Positions 45,806 through 55,297 of a stretch of 64,000 bases of DNA are shown here, in pieces (position 1 is the stretch's first letter; the number at the start of each line of letters is the position of its first letter). The position numbers and the translations under genes were made by a program. The notes under the pieces are model-generated. The model was given only the letters and a program-made list of their open reading frames with translations. It had not been told where the DNA came from and did no database searches. This stretch comes from Dehalococcoidia bacterium (GTDB lineage Bacteria; Chloroflexota; Dehalococcoidia; UBA6926), in the NCBI GenBank assembly GCA_963666115.2, contig CAXXET010000004.1, positions 96,001 through 160,000 of the forward strand. Direction: 5' to 3'.

Positions 45806-48197
45806 TCACACGATGGGAACGTACTCCAAAACCGCAGTATCCCCTGACCCAAAGGCAACCACGAGGCGGTCCGGCATGGAAGCCATTAGCCGCGCCGTCG
45901 TGTCCTCCCCGTACGTCGCCCGCTCCAGCGAGCCCACGAAGATATAGTCGATCCCGTAGAACTCAAGCCTGAGCTTCAACTGGTCCTCCGTGAGCGCCCC
46001 GCCTCCCGACACAGCCTCTCCCCGGTAGATTTCCTCCGTGTACTCGATTCGCGGCCCAATCAGTTCCGTCCCGCCGCGCCACTGCAACTCATGCCCCGCC
46101 CACCCGATGGTCGTCGGCATTCCAGTAATCGCGGAAACACGCCCGTAATCCGTATAGTCGTTGCCATGCGCCTCCAAAACGTGGTCGCCGCGCTCCGCGT
46201 TGTCCAGCAGCCAGTCAATCGCCGCCGCGTCGTCAGGAAAGCGCTCGCGGTACGTCGCAAGCCCGTCCAGCCCAATGCTCCTGGATGGCGACGCCTCGAC
46301 ACGTTCCATAGCGGCAAGCGGCCCATAAGCCGCCCCCACAACCAGCAGCGCAAGCCCCCCCGCTCCCGCCGCAATGAGTCCGCCCTGCCCCGGCGACAAC
46401 CGCTTTGGCCGTCGCGCAATCGCCCACGCCACGCCGATCCCCGTCGCGACGGCCAGCAGCGTCCACACCTGGTAATGCACCTTGAACACGGTGTTCATGC
46501 GAACCCCAAAGGAGTCCCAGACGAAGAAGACTTCCGTGATGACGATGCCCATCGCCGCGGCGACCAGCAGGAGCGACGCGAACAGCAGCCCCTGCCGTTC
46601 CGGCCTCTCTTCGTCGTGCAGCGGCACGATGGCGATGAGTCCAATAGCCGCAAGCACGATGGCGGGAATAGCCACCAGCCACCGCAGGCTGATCTCGCCA
46701 AGATCGGGCGCGAAGCCCGCCACCGGCGAATCGGGCGGCAAGAGATTCCACCCCGCCGCGACCAGCGACCACAGGATCAGCGGGCTCGCGGCAAGCAGCA
46801 CGACGACGCCAACCACGCTCAGCCGCACCTCCTGGCCGTCCAGCCGCGCCCATGCGTAGGCGGCGGCAGGCAGTATGGCCAGCGCCATCGGCCCCCAGAT
46901 GCGCGCGTAGTGGCTGACCTCCGTGCCGGAGGCGGGAACGGGCAGCACGCCGCGCACGCCGCTGCTAACGGTCAGGTAGTACGGCGCAAAGAGCAGTAGC
47001 GCCAGCGCGGCGATTGCCGCTGTCGGCACAACGATGTCGAGAATCACTTCCTGCCGGAAGACGCGCTCGCCGATTCCCTCGTCCCAAAGTCTCCGCGCGG
47101 CGATTGCCAGCAGCAGCACGGCCATGTACGCCAGGATGTCCCACGTGTTGATGAAGCCAAGAGCGCCAATGATCAGCGCGGTCAGGAATAGCTCTCCGGC
47201 TCGCCGCCGCGGCCACGTCGAATCCGGCGACTCCGGCTTGCACAACCACCCAAGCGTCACCGTGAGCGCAAGCAGCACGAACGGCAGCGACATCACGTGC
47301 GGGTGGAGGTCTCCCAGCAGGAAGCTGAACGCGGGAAACTCGTCGATGGGCGAAAGCGCGCCTGGGTCGTCGATGATGCGCGTCGAATCCCACCACCACG
47401 AACTGAATCCCGTCGCCCCCTCCAGCGACAACGCCTCCGACACTGCCCGCATCCCCCCGCTCAGGTTCCCCGCGATCAGCAGCGCAACAACCGCCCCGAC
47501 TCCCCCGATAACCACCGCAACATCCAGTCTTGGCAACTGGACACGCGCGATGCCCGCCCGCAGCGCCGCATTCATCGTCAGCGAAAAGGCTGAGACCGCC
47601 GCGAGCGCGAACAGCGTGACAAACGCCAGGTTGTACCCCACCGTCGCCGCCGCGCCCGTCAAGTACGCGGGAATGCTGAAAATCAGGTAGCCGAAATAGT
47701 AGTAGCTGATGGAATGGCCCGCCAGCCACGGGTCCGCCGCCGGAAACGTCGGGCTCCGCAGCGCGCTCGCAAGGGAAGGCAAGGTCCATCGGCTGCTCGG
47801 TCGTCAGCCCCGTAACCGCCGTCGTAATCGTGATGTCCGGCGCGAGGATGCGAAAGACCGCGAACAGCACGAATGCCGCCATGAACACGACTTCGCTCGC
47901 TACAAGCAGACGCCACCGGCTGTGGATGAAGTCGACCATCTCCTCCCGGTTCTGCCGCGCCAGTACGACACTCGCGCCGAGAAGCAGCGCAAACACGGCC
48001 AGCAGCGAAAGCAGCCCGTTCTCCAGGACGCGCGCGGTCACAAGCGCCCAGTACGCGTACGCCAGCACGAGAATGCCCAGGACCTTGGACACGCCGTATC
48101 CGCGGTCCGGCAGGTCGCGGAAGAACGGGAACGCCCACGCGAACCCCGCTGCCCCGATAACTTGCAGCAGGACGAGCCAGAGAATCAGGTTGAACAT
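45806..48197 (-). CDS. DUF2298 (Chlor_Arch_YYY) membrane protein, split by one frameshift at about 47774
   Basis: EQPMDLAF then shifted SPTFPAADPWLAG..SYYYFG, EFPAFSFLLGDLHPH, NTWD, RMNTVFK. Confidence 0.85.
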
Positions 48198-48224
48198 CAG
48201 GAGAAAGCGGGGCCGTCCGCGCCC

Positions 48225-49136
48225 CTACGCGAGCAGCGCCGAGACGAACGCGCGGGCGTCGAACGGCTCAAGGTCGTCGATGCCCTCGCCTGTGCCGATA
48301 TACGTCACCGGCACGCCGAACTCGCGGCGTATCGCAATCGCGATGCCGCCCTTGGACGTGCCGTCCACCTTGCTCAAAACCACCCCGTCCACGCCCACCG
48401 CCCCCATGAACTCGCGCGCCTGCGACAGCCCGTTCTGCCCCGTCGTCGCGTCCAGCACCAGCAAGACAGTGATGTCCGATGCGTCAACCGACCGTTCCAC
48501 AACCCGCCGCACCTTGCGGAGTTCATCCATCAGCGAGGTCCGCGTCTGCAGGCGTCCTGCCGTGTCGATGATCACCGTGTCCGCGCCCCGCGACTTTGCC
48601 GCCGCGATGCCGTCGAACGCCACCGCCCCGGGGTCCGCCCCGTGCTGCTGCGCGACGACCGTCACGCCCAGCCGCTCCCCCCACACTTGCAGCTGCTCAA
48701 TGGCAGCCGCGCGGAACGTGTCCCCCGCAACCAGCAGCACGCCCCGGTCCTCCGCAATCTCACGCCGTGCCAGCTTGGCGATGGTCGTCGTCTTGCCGCT
48801 CCCATTGACGCCCACCACGAGAATGACGTGCGGCGAACCCGTTGCCGCGCCCGCCGGATTGGGCGACGCCCCGTTGGCGCTGGCCGCGTCCACAAGCTCC
48901 GCCGCAAGCGCGTCCCGCAGGTCGTTTGGCTGCGCCCCGCGCATCCCCTCGATCCGTTCCCGCGTCCGAGAAATCATCTCCTCGCTCAGGTCCAGACCAA
49001 CGTCCGCGCCGATAAGGGCCTCCTCCAGCTCGTCCCACGCCTCGGGCGGGATCGAACTGCGCCCAAAGATGCTTGTAACGCGCCCGAACCACGCCTTCTT
49101 GGTCTTGCCGACGCTCTTGTCCATCGAAGAAGTCAT
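48225..49136 (-). CDS. ftsY: SRP receptor FtsY
   Basis: GVNGSGKTTT, DTFRAAA, DTAGR, DGTSKGG. Confidence 0.96.
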   Translation of the reverse strand: MTSSMDKSVGKTKKAWFGRVTSIFGRSSIPPEAWDELEEALIGADVGLDLSEEMISRTRERIEGMRGAQPNDLRDALAAELVDAASANGASPNPAGAATGSPHVILVVGVNGSGKTTTIAKLARREIAEDRGVLLVAGDTFRAAAIEQLQVWGERLGVTVVAQQHGADPGAVAFDGIAAAKSRGADTVIIDTAGRLQTRTSLMDELRKVRRVVERSVDASDITVLLVLDATTGQNGLSQAREFMGAVGVDGVVLSKVDGTSKGGIAIAIRREFGVPVTYIGTGEGIDDLEPFDARAFVSALLA

Positions 49137-49153
49137 AAAATGCGCTCGCCCGG

Positions 49154-50491
49154 CTAGTCCGGCGTATCGGCGGATTCCGCGTCCATCCGCATCTCAAGCG
49201 CGTTCGCGTGCGCCACGAGCCCCTCCGCGCGGGCAATGGCGATTCCGCTCGGCCCCAGGTCTTGCAGCCGTTCGCGCGGCGCGGCCACGATGCTCGTCAC
49301 CTTGAGGAATTCGAAGACATTGACGGGAGAGCTGTACCGCGCCGCCCCGCCCGTCGGCATTGAGTGGCTTGGCCCCGCGATGTAGTCTGCCAGCACCTCC
49401 GGCGAGTGCTCTCCCACGAAGATGCCCCCCGCGTTCCGCAGTCGTGGAATCAGCGCGTGCGGGTCCTGCGTCATCACGCACAGGTGCTCCGGCGCGAACG
49501 CATTGCAGAAATCCACAATCTCGTCGTCGGACTCCACGATCACGTACCCCCCCGTCTGCGTGGACAGGTGCGCCGCCGAATCCTCCGGCAGATCGCGCAG
49601 TTGACGTTGCAGCTCCCTGTCAGTCCGCGTCGCCATGCGTTCCGACGTCGTGACCATCACGACGCGCGCCTCGGGGTCGTGCTCCGCTTGCGCCAGCAAA
49701 TCCGCCGCGCACAGCGCCGGGTCAGACCTGTCGTCAGAAATAACCAGTGTCTCCGTTGCGCCCTGTAAAGAATCAATGCCGACGACGCCGTAAACAGCCT
49801 TCTTGGCAAGCTGGACCAGCAGGTTGCCCGGCCCAAATATCTTGTCGGCCTGCGGGACGGACTCCGTGCCGATTGCGAACGCGGCAACCCCCTGCGGCCC
49901 CCCCACGCGGAATACGCGGTTGATCCGCGCAATGCTGCACGCAACGAGCACGACCGGCGCGACGACCCCGTTCGCCCGCGCCGGCGTTGTGACGAATATC
50001 TCGGGCACGTTGGCCGTCCGCGCCGGAATGCCGATCATCAGCACCGTGGACGGATACGCCGCGCGCCCGCCCGGCACGTAGATGCCCGCCCGCTCCACCG
50101 GCCGCACCAGCTGCCCCACGCCGCGTTCGAAGTCCATCCAGCCCTGGCGCGACTGCTGGACGTGGAACGCCTCGATCTCCTCCGCGGCCCGGTGCAAGGC
50201 GTCTATCACGTGCGTATCAACGCTGTCGTACGCCCGCGCGATCTCCTCCTGCGTCACCTCCAGCGCCGAAAGCTCCACGCCGTCGAACTTTCGCGCCAGG
50301 TCGCGGATGCCCTCGTCCCCCTCCGTCCGCACGGTTTCGATCACGCGCCGCACGGCCTCCTCCGGCGAAATCCGTTCGCCAAAGGCCCGTTCCAGGAAGG
50401 AGAGCGTCGATTCCGACGCCTGCGGATTCAACCACAGGTTGGCGGGGATCAGTTCCGCCTTTGCCTCCTCTATCCCGTGGAATGCCCTCAC
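49154..50491 (-). CDS. hisD: Histidinol dehydrogenase
   Basis: YVPGGRAAYPST, GPGN, QAEHD, APEHL, GPSHSMPT. Confidence 0.95.
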   Translation of the reverse strand: MRAFHGIEEAKAELIPANLWLNPQASESTLSFLERAFGERISPEEAVRRVIETVRTEGDEGIRDLARKFDGVELSALEVTQEEIARAYDSVDTHVIDALHRAAEEIEAFHVQQSRQGWMDFERGVGQLVRPVERAGIYVPGGRAAYPSTVLMIGIPARTANVPEIFVTTPARANGVVAPVVLVACSIARINRVFRVGGPQGVAAFAIGTESVPQADKIFGPGNLLVQLAKKAVYGVVGIDSLQGATETLVISDDRSDPALCAADLLAQAEHDPEARVVMVTTSERMATRTDRELQRQLRDLPEDSAAHLSTQTGGYVIVESDDEIVDFCNAFAPEHLCVMTQDPHALIPRLRNAGGIFVGEHSPEVLADYIAGPSHSMPTGGAARYSSPVNVFEFLKVTSIVAAPRERLQDLGPSGIAIARAEGLVAHANALEMRMDAESADTPD

Positions 50492-51252
50492 GACAGTATC
50501 TCCACGGCGTGCTCCAGCGACTGCTTAACCGCGATTGCCCGGTATCCCTCGATCACCTCGCGCGGCACCGTCTCGTACACCCGCCCGAGCATCGACTCAG
50601 GCTCCGCGACCAGCTCCTGCACCGCCGCCTCGTCCAGGCCCGGACCATCCAGATACCGCCCGATGAAACGCGGAAACGCCGCCCAATCAGCCGCCATCGT
50701 CAACACCCGTTCCCCAACGTACTCCGCCCAGCCCCGCATGATCCCATACGGGATGAACGTGGTGGGCACGGACGCAATGATGCTGTCCGAAGCGGAAACC
50801 AGTTTCTGCCATTCACGCAGTTGGGCCGCGTCCGTCCGAACGTCCAGTTCCATCTCGAACTGCACCGCGCGGTCGAGGATATTGCGTGCCGGTTCGCCGC
50901 CGAGATACTTCTCGTCGCCGAAATACGGACGGTACACGTCGACGACCCACGCCTCATCCGCCGCCAAATGGCTGGCGTAGCCGATCAGGAACGCGGTCAG
51001 CGTCCAGTCGCTGTCGGGCGCGCGAGACGACATCTCCGGGAGCGCCTCCTTCATCCCCCGGAACCCGTCCCCGACCTTGCCGTCGGCAAGACTGAAATAA
51101 TGCGTTTCCTCTCGCGATTCCCGTGTCATCACGCGGCGGTCCGGCGTCGTGGACCCCAGCAGCGCCGCGCCCATGTTCTCGCGCAACTCGTCAACGCCCA
51201 GCGTGTCCACCACTTCCTGGACGAGGCTCAGATGAACCGCCAGCATCGGCAT
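50488..51252 (-). CDS. Zinc-dependent phospholipase C-like family protein
   Basis: N-terminal H, GSTTPD, THYF, GYASHLAAD. Confidence 0.65.
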   Translation of the reverse strand: MPMLAVHLSLVQEVVDTLGVDELRENMGAALLGSTTPDRRVMTRESREETHYFSLADGKVGDGFRGMKEALPEMSSRAPDSDWTLTAFLIGYASHLAADEAWVVDVYRPYFGDEKYLGGEPARNILDRAVQFEMELDVRTDAAQLREWQKLVSASDSIIASVPTTFIPYGIMRGWAEYVGERVLTMAADWAAFPRFIGRYLDGPGLDEAAVQELVAEPESMLGRVYETVPREVIEGYRAIAVKQSLEHAVEILS

Positions 51253-51267
51253 AACGTCAGTCCCGCC

Positions 51268-52341
51268 TCAGCGGAGCGGCAATTCCGGCGGCTCGCCGAA
51301 ATGCTGTGTCAGCGGGAACGCAATCACGTCCGCCGCCCCGATCGTCCGCAGTGATTCGGTCGCGACGAGTTGCTCCGTCTGCTGGTGATTGATGACGAAC
51401 GACACGGAAAACCACTGGTTCCCGTCGTCGCCGTCGAGGTTCTCCCGCGTGACCACGGGGGCTATCGTGGGCCCCTTCAACCCCACGCTGCCCAAAGACG
51501 GCAGGGCGAACAGCTTGCGCGCAACGTCCTGGGGAGAATCCCCGGGAATGTTGGCCATGACAACGTACCGCCCCTCTGCGTTGAGATTGGCGTGAATGTA
51601 CTCCAGCACGAGCCACGCGGACTGCACGGCCTGGTCGTCATACACTGCCTTGTTCACGCAGGCGATTAGCGCCGCGCTCGAATTCAAAATCGGCTTGGGA
51701 GGATTCCCCAGCCGCAGTCCGGTCAACGAGTGCGCCGCGAGCGTCGAACCCGTGACCACCACGTCCGCGACCAGGTCCGCCGCCCCAAGTCGCGGCAGCA
51801 GCTCATGCGAACCCTGGAAGAGTCGAACGCCTTTCCCGGACAGTCCCTGACGCTCCATGTATTGCCGCGTCAGTTCCGGGTACTTGGTGGCAACGCGCAG
51901 GTCACGCCCCAGTTGCCTCGCCCACCCCGTCAGGTCGCCCACGGGAATATCACCGGAATCGCCGAACCGGCGGCTTGGCGCGGCCAGCATCAATCGACCG
52001 TGCCCGAACCCAAGGTCCGGTATGATGCACGCCACGTTCTCAAGGCCGCTCAGGCTCTTCTCTTCAAACCAGTCGCGCCCGGTAATGCCCAGGTGCGCGC
52101 CGCCCTCCGCGACGATGGACGGGATGTCGTCCGGCCGCAGGAACACCGCCTCGCATTCGGGAATATCGCGAACCTCCTCAACAAGGCCCGTCCCCCGGCG
52201 AGACACGTGGATGCCGCACGCATTGAGCATCGTCAGCGTGTCATTCGCAAGTCGGTTGTTGCTTGGGAGAGCCAGTCGCAGCACGTTGTCCCGCCTCTGT
52301 CCGCCGCCTTGTCGGTCGTTCCTAATTCTATCGTAGGGCAT
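51268..52341 (-). CDS. hisG: ATP phosphoribosyltransferase (long form)
   Basis: LRLALPS, RPDDIP, LGITGRD, RVATKYP, DVVVTGSTL, GPTIAP. Confidence 0.9.
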   Translation of the reverse strand: MPYDRIRNDRQGGGQRRDNVLRLALPSNNRLANDTLTMLNACGIHVSRRGTGLVEEVRDIPECEAVFLRPDDIPSIVAEGGAHLGITGRDWFEEKSLSGLENVACIIPDLGFGHGRLMLAAPSRRFGDSGDIPVGDLTGWARQLGRDLRVATKYPELTRQYMERQGLSGKGVRLFQGSHELLPRLGAADLVADVVVTGSTLAAHSLTGLRLGNPPKPILNSSAALIACVNKAVYDDQAVQSAWLVLEYIHANLNAEGRYVVMANIPGDSPQDVARKLFALPSLGSVGLKGPTIAPVVTRENLDGDDGNQWFSVSFVINHQQTEQLVATESLRTIGAADVIAFPLTQHFGEPPELPLR

Positions 52342-52343
52342 TC

Positions 52344-52952
52344 TCAGAATAAAACGTCGCCCACAAAGGGCAGATTCTGGAGGAAATCGATGCTGTAGTA
52401 GCCCGCCAGCGCGATTGCCGTCACGAGGATGAGCTTGCCGCCAAACACGATCAGCAGGAAGCGCGCCAGCGGATACCGGATCGCCCCCGCCCAGATGCCC
52501 GCGATGTCGAACGGCAGCGGCGTCGCCGCGAAGGCGAAGATCGCCAGCCCCCGCCACCGTTCCCCCACGCCCTCCAGCCGCGCGTGCCACCTGCTCCCCT
52601 CGATCATCGACGACCCGCCCCGTCCCGCCATGTACGCCGTGATCTCCCCCAAAGCAGCGCCCACCGCGCCAAACAGCCCGATCAGCAGCGGGTTCAGCGT
52701 CCCCGACACCGCGAAGATGACCGCGTGGCCCGGCACCGGCAGCAGCACGACCGTCGCGCTGTTGATGAGTTGCAGCAGGAACACCCCTGCGTAGCCCCAC
52801 TCGCCCAGCCCCTCCACGAAGCTCGCGTAGCGAATGAGAAGCACGATGACGATAAGCGAGATGACCAGCGCTGCGCCCACCTGGAGAATCGGTACGACGC
52901 GGTTCCGCCGCTCCCCGCCCCCCGGATCGCCCGCCTGCGCCGCGTTAGCCAA
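52344..52952 (-). CDS. VTT/DedA family membrane protein
   Basis: PVPG, GAALGE..YMAGR, PFDIAGI..G. Confidence 0.8.
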   Translation of the reverse strand: MANAAQAGDPGGGERRNRVVPILQVGAALVISLIVIVLLIRYASFVEGLGEWGYAGVFLLQLINSATVVLLPVPGHAVIFAVSGTLNPLLIGLFGAVGAALGEITAYMAGRGGSSMIEGSRWHARLEGVGERWRGLAIFAFAATPLPFDIAGIWAGAIRYPLARFLLIVFGGKLILVTAIALAGYYSIDFLQNLPFVGDVLF

Positions 52953-53715
52953 GCGTCACGTCCCCCGCGTGAACCACCCTCCGCTGCCCGTCATCCGTCT
53001 GGACGACCAGCCCCCCGCTCGGTTCGACGTCCAGCGCGATGCCCTCAAACGTCGAATCGCTGCCGGACACGCTCACGCGCTTGCCGAGGTTGACGAGAGC
53101 CGCGCGCCATTGGTCGAACACGTCTCCGCCCTCCCGCGCCTCCACGTACAGCGCCTCCATCTCCTCCAAAAGAGCGCACAACAGGTCAAGACGCGAAACC
53201 TCCCCGCCCGTCTCCCTGCTAAGACTCGTGGACGCGTCGGCGATCTCCGGTATGGACGCCGTATCCCAGTTGACGTTGACGCCGATGCCAACAATGGCGA
53301 ACTGGTCCGCCTCCGATTCGTCCCGCACAACCTCAACGAGAATGCCGCAAACCTTGCGCCCGCCAATGAGCACGTCGTTCGGCCACTTGATCTCAGGCGC
53401 AAGCTCCGGGCAGACCCGCCGGATCGCGCGCGGCACGGCAAGCGCGGCAATCATCGACAGCGACGGCAACAGTTCCGGGCTCGGCCTCAACAGGACTGAG
53501 ACCAGCAGCGACGCCCCTGGCGGCGACATCCACGACCGCCGGAATCGCCCCCTGCCCCGCGTCTGCTCGTCCGCGGTGATAACCAGCCCCTCCGCAGCCC
53601 CCGCCCGCCCGGCCGCCGAGACATCGTCCTGCGTGGAATGAGTAAGCGCCAAATGCCGGTACTCCGCCCCAATGATCCTCGTCGAAAGCCGCTCCCGAAC
53701 CGCAGATTCATTCAA
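52945..53715 (-). CDS. birA: Biotin-protein ligase (no HTH)
   Basis: STQD, QTRGRGR..W, KWPND, KVCGIL, GIGVNV. Confidence 0.93.
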   Translation of the reverse strand: MNESAVRERLSTRIIGAEYRHLALTHSTQDDVSAAGRAGAAEGLVITADEQTRGRGRFRRSWMSPPGASLLVSVLLRPSPELLPSLSMIAALAVPRAIRRVCPELAPEIKWPNDVLIGGRKVCGILVEVVRDESEADQFAIVGIGVNVNWDTASIPEIADASTSLSRETGGEVSRLDLLCALLEEMEALYVEAREGGDVFDQWRAALVNLGKRVSVSGSDSTFEGIALDVEPSGGLVVQTDDGQRRVVHAGDVTLG

Positions 53716-53755
53716 AGTACACACCCCCCGTTCCACTCTATAATGATGCATATTC

Positions 53756-53781
53756 TGTCATTCTGAGCGGAGCGAAGAATC
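53756..53781 (+). repeat. Family B repeat upstream of the aldo/keto reductase
   Basis: tgtcattctgagcggagcgaagaatc, between TATAAT (53739) and the RBS ggagga. Confidence 0.85.
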
Positions 53782-53803
53782 TCTCAGGGAGGAACAACAA
53801 CCA

Positions 53804-54751
53804 ATGCAATACCGTCGTCTGGGCAACTCAGGCCTCCAGGTCTCCACCGTCGGGCTCGGCACCAACAACTTCGGCAGGCGGCTCGAATACGAACAGAGCG
53901 AGGCGGTCATCAAGGCGTCGCTCGATAACGGGATCAACTTCATCGACACAGCCAACATCTACAGCATGGGCGAGTCCGAAGAACACATCGGGCGCGCCCT
54001 CAAGGGCAGCCGCGAGGCGGCGGTCATCGCCACCAAGGGCGGCGGTCAAATGAGCCAGGGCCCCCACGGCAGCGGCAACTCCCGCAAGCACATCACAGCC
54101 GAGGTGGAGGCCAGCCTAACACGCCTCCAAACCGACTACATCGACCTCTACCAAATCCACTTCCCGGACAACGACACGCCCATCGAAGAGACGCTCCGCG
54201 CGCTAGACGATCTGATCCACGCCGGCAAGATTCTGTACATCGGCAGCTCCAACTTCGCCGTATGGCAGGAGGCGGAGGCCGCGTGGACAAGCCGCCACCT
54301 CGGCCTCAACAGCTTCATCAGCACGCAGCCGGAATACAGCCTCATCAACCGCGACGTCGAGCGTGAACTGATCCCCTTCGCCGTCAAGTACAACATTGGC
54401 GTCATCCCCTATTTCCCGCTCGCCGGCGGCGTCCTCACCGGCAAGTACACGCAGGGACAGGAGCCGCCGGAGGGCACGCGCATGTCCACCACCCCCGCCA
54501 ACTTCCGCGGCCGCTTCATGAACGACCGCACCTTTGCCATAGCCGACGTCGCCGCGAAATTCGCCGAACAGCGCGGTCACACAACGGTCGAACTCGCCAT
54601 AGCATGGCTGCTAGCCCAGCCGCAGGTGGCAAGCGTCATCGCAGGCGCAACCCGCCCCGAACAAGTACAAGCAAACGCAAAGGCCGCAGACTGGACCCTA
54701 ACCCCCGAAGAAGTAACAGCCCTAAACGAAAAGCTAACCGCCCTCGGCTAG
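53804..54751 (+). CDS. Aldo/keto reductase
   Basis: DTANIY, IATK, YIDLYQIH, PYFPLAGG. Confidence 0.95.
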   Translation: MQYRRLGNSGLQVSTVGLGTNNFGRRLEYEQSEAVIKASLDNGINFIDTANIYSMGESEEHIGRALKGSREAAVIATKGGGQMSQGPHGSGNSRKHITAEVEASLTRLQTDYIDLYQIHFPDNDTPIEETLRALDDLIHAGKILYIGSSNFAVWQEAEAAWTSRHLGLNSFISTQPEYSLINRDVERELIPFAVKYNIGVIPYFPLAGGVLTGKYTQGQEPPEGTRMSTTPANFRGRFMNDRTFAIADVAAKFAEQRGHTTVELAIAWLLAQPQVASVIAGATRPEQVQANAKAADWTLTPEEVTALNEKLTALG

Positions 54752-54774
54752 CCCACCCCCGTCACCCAACCCCT

Positions 54775-54839
54775 CCGTCATTCCCCCCAACCCTCCGTCA
54801 TTCCGGCGAAGGCCGGAATCCATCCCCCCTCACCCTAAC
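54775..54839 (+). repeat. Family A repeats plus a family C fragment
   Basis: Partial ccgtcattcc, full ccgtcattccggcgaaggccggaatcc, then cccctcaccctaac. Confidence 0.85.
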
Positions 54840-55280
54840 AACATAATTCTGCAAATCATCCTGCGTCGAATAATGCCGACCCTCCGCAAACATCTCCGTC
54901 AGACGCTGGAACAGCAGCGGCCCCACCTGCGACACCGCCTCCTCCAAATCGGCTGAAACGATGGACACGTCCGGGAATGCTACGGGCGTCGCGCGGTACT
55001 CCCCCTCCTCCGTCCGCTGGATCATCACGATATACGGCGACGTATCGCCGCGACGCGGATTCCGCACCCACACAGTCCGAACGGGAGGCCACTCCTCACG
55101 CGGCGTCTCGCCGCCCTCCGCGATGATCTCCCCAAGCGCGATCCCCGCATTGTCGGCCACGTCGTCCAACGCCGCCGCCCGCGTCGCCCCCTGCCCCGTC
55201 ACGCCCGCAATCGCAGGCACTACCGCGCTGTAAGACCCGTCCTCATTGGACAGCAGAACCGCCGTGTACGATGGCGCCAT
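54798..55280 (-). CDS. Tandem HicB-like domain protein (no adjacent HicA)
   Basis: YTAVL..EDGSYSAVVPAIAG..QGAT..A and a second YIVMI..EEGEYRA..AFPD; the C-terminus is read from the repeat. Confidence 0.65.
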   Translation of the reverse strand: MAPSYTAVLLSNEDGSYSAVVPAIAGVTGQGATRAAALDDVADNAGIALGEIIAEGGETPREEWPPVRTVWVRNPRRGDTSPYIVMIQRTEEGEYRATPVAFPDVSIVSADLEEAVSQVGPLLFQRLTEMFAEGRHYSTQDDLQNYVVRVRGDGFRPSPE

Positions 55281-55297
55281 ATCCTCCCCCGTTGTAG

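Noticed and set aside
51268-52800. 510-aa extended HisG, and similar extensions of NuoH, NuoB, KorA and MiaB in the ORF track
   Set aside because: The extensions overlap upstream genes or the tRNA; better starts lie downstream
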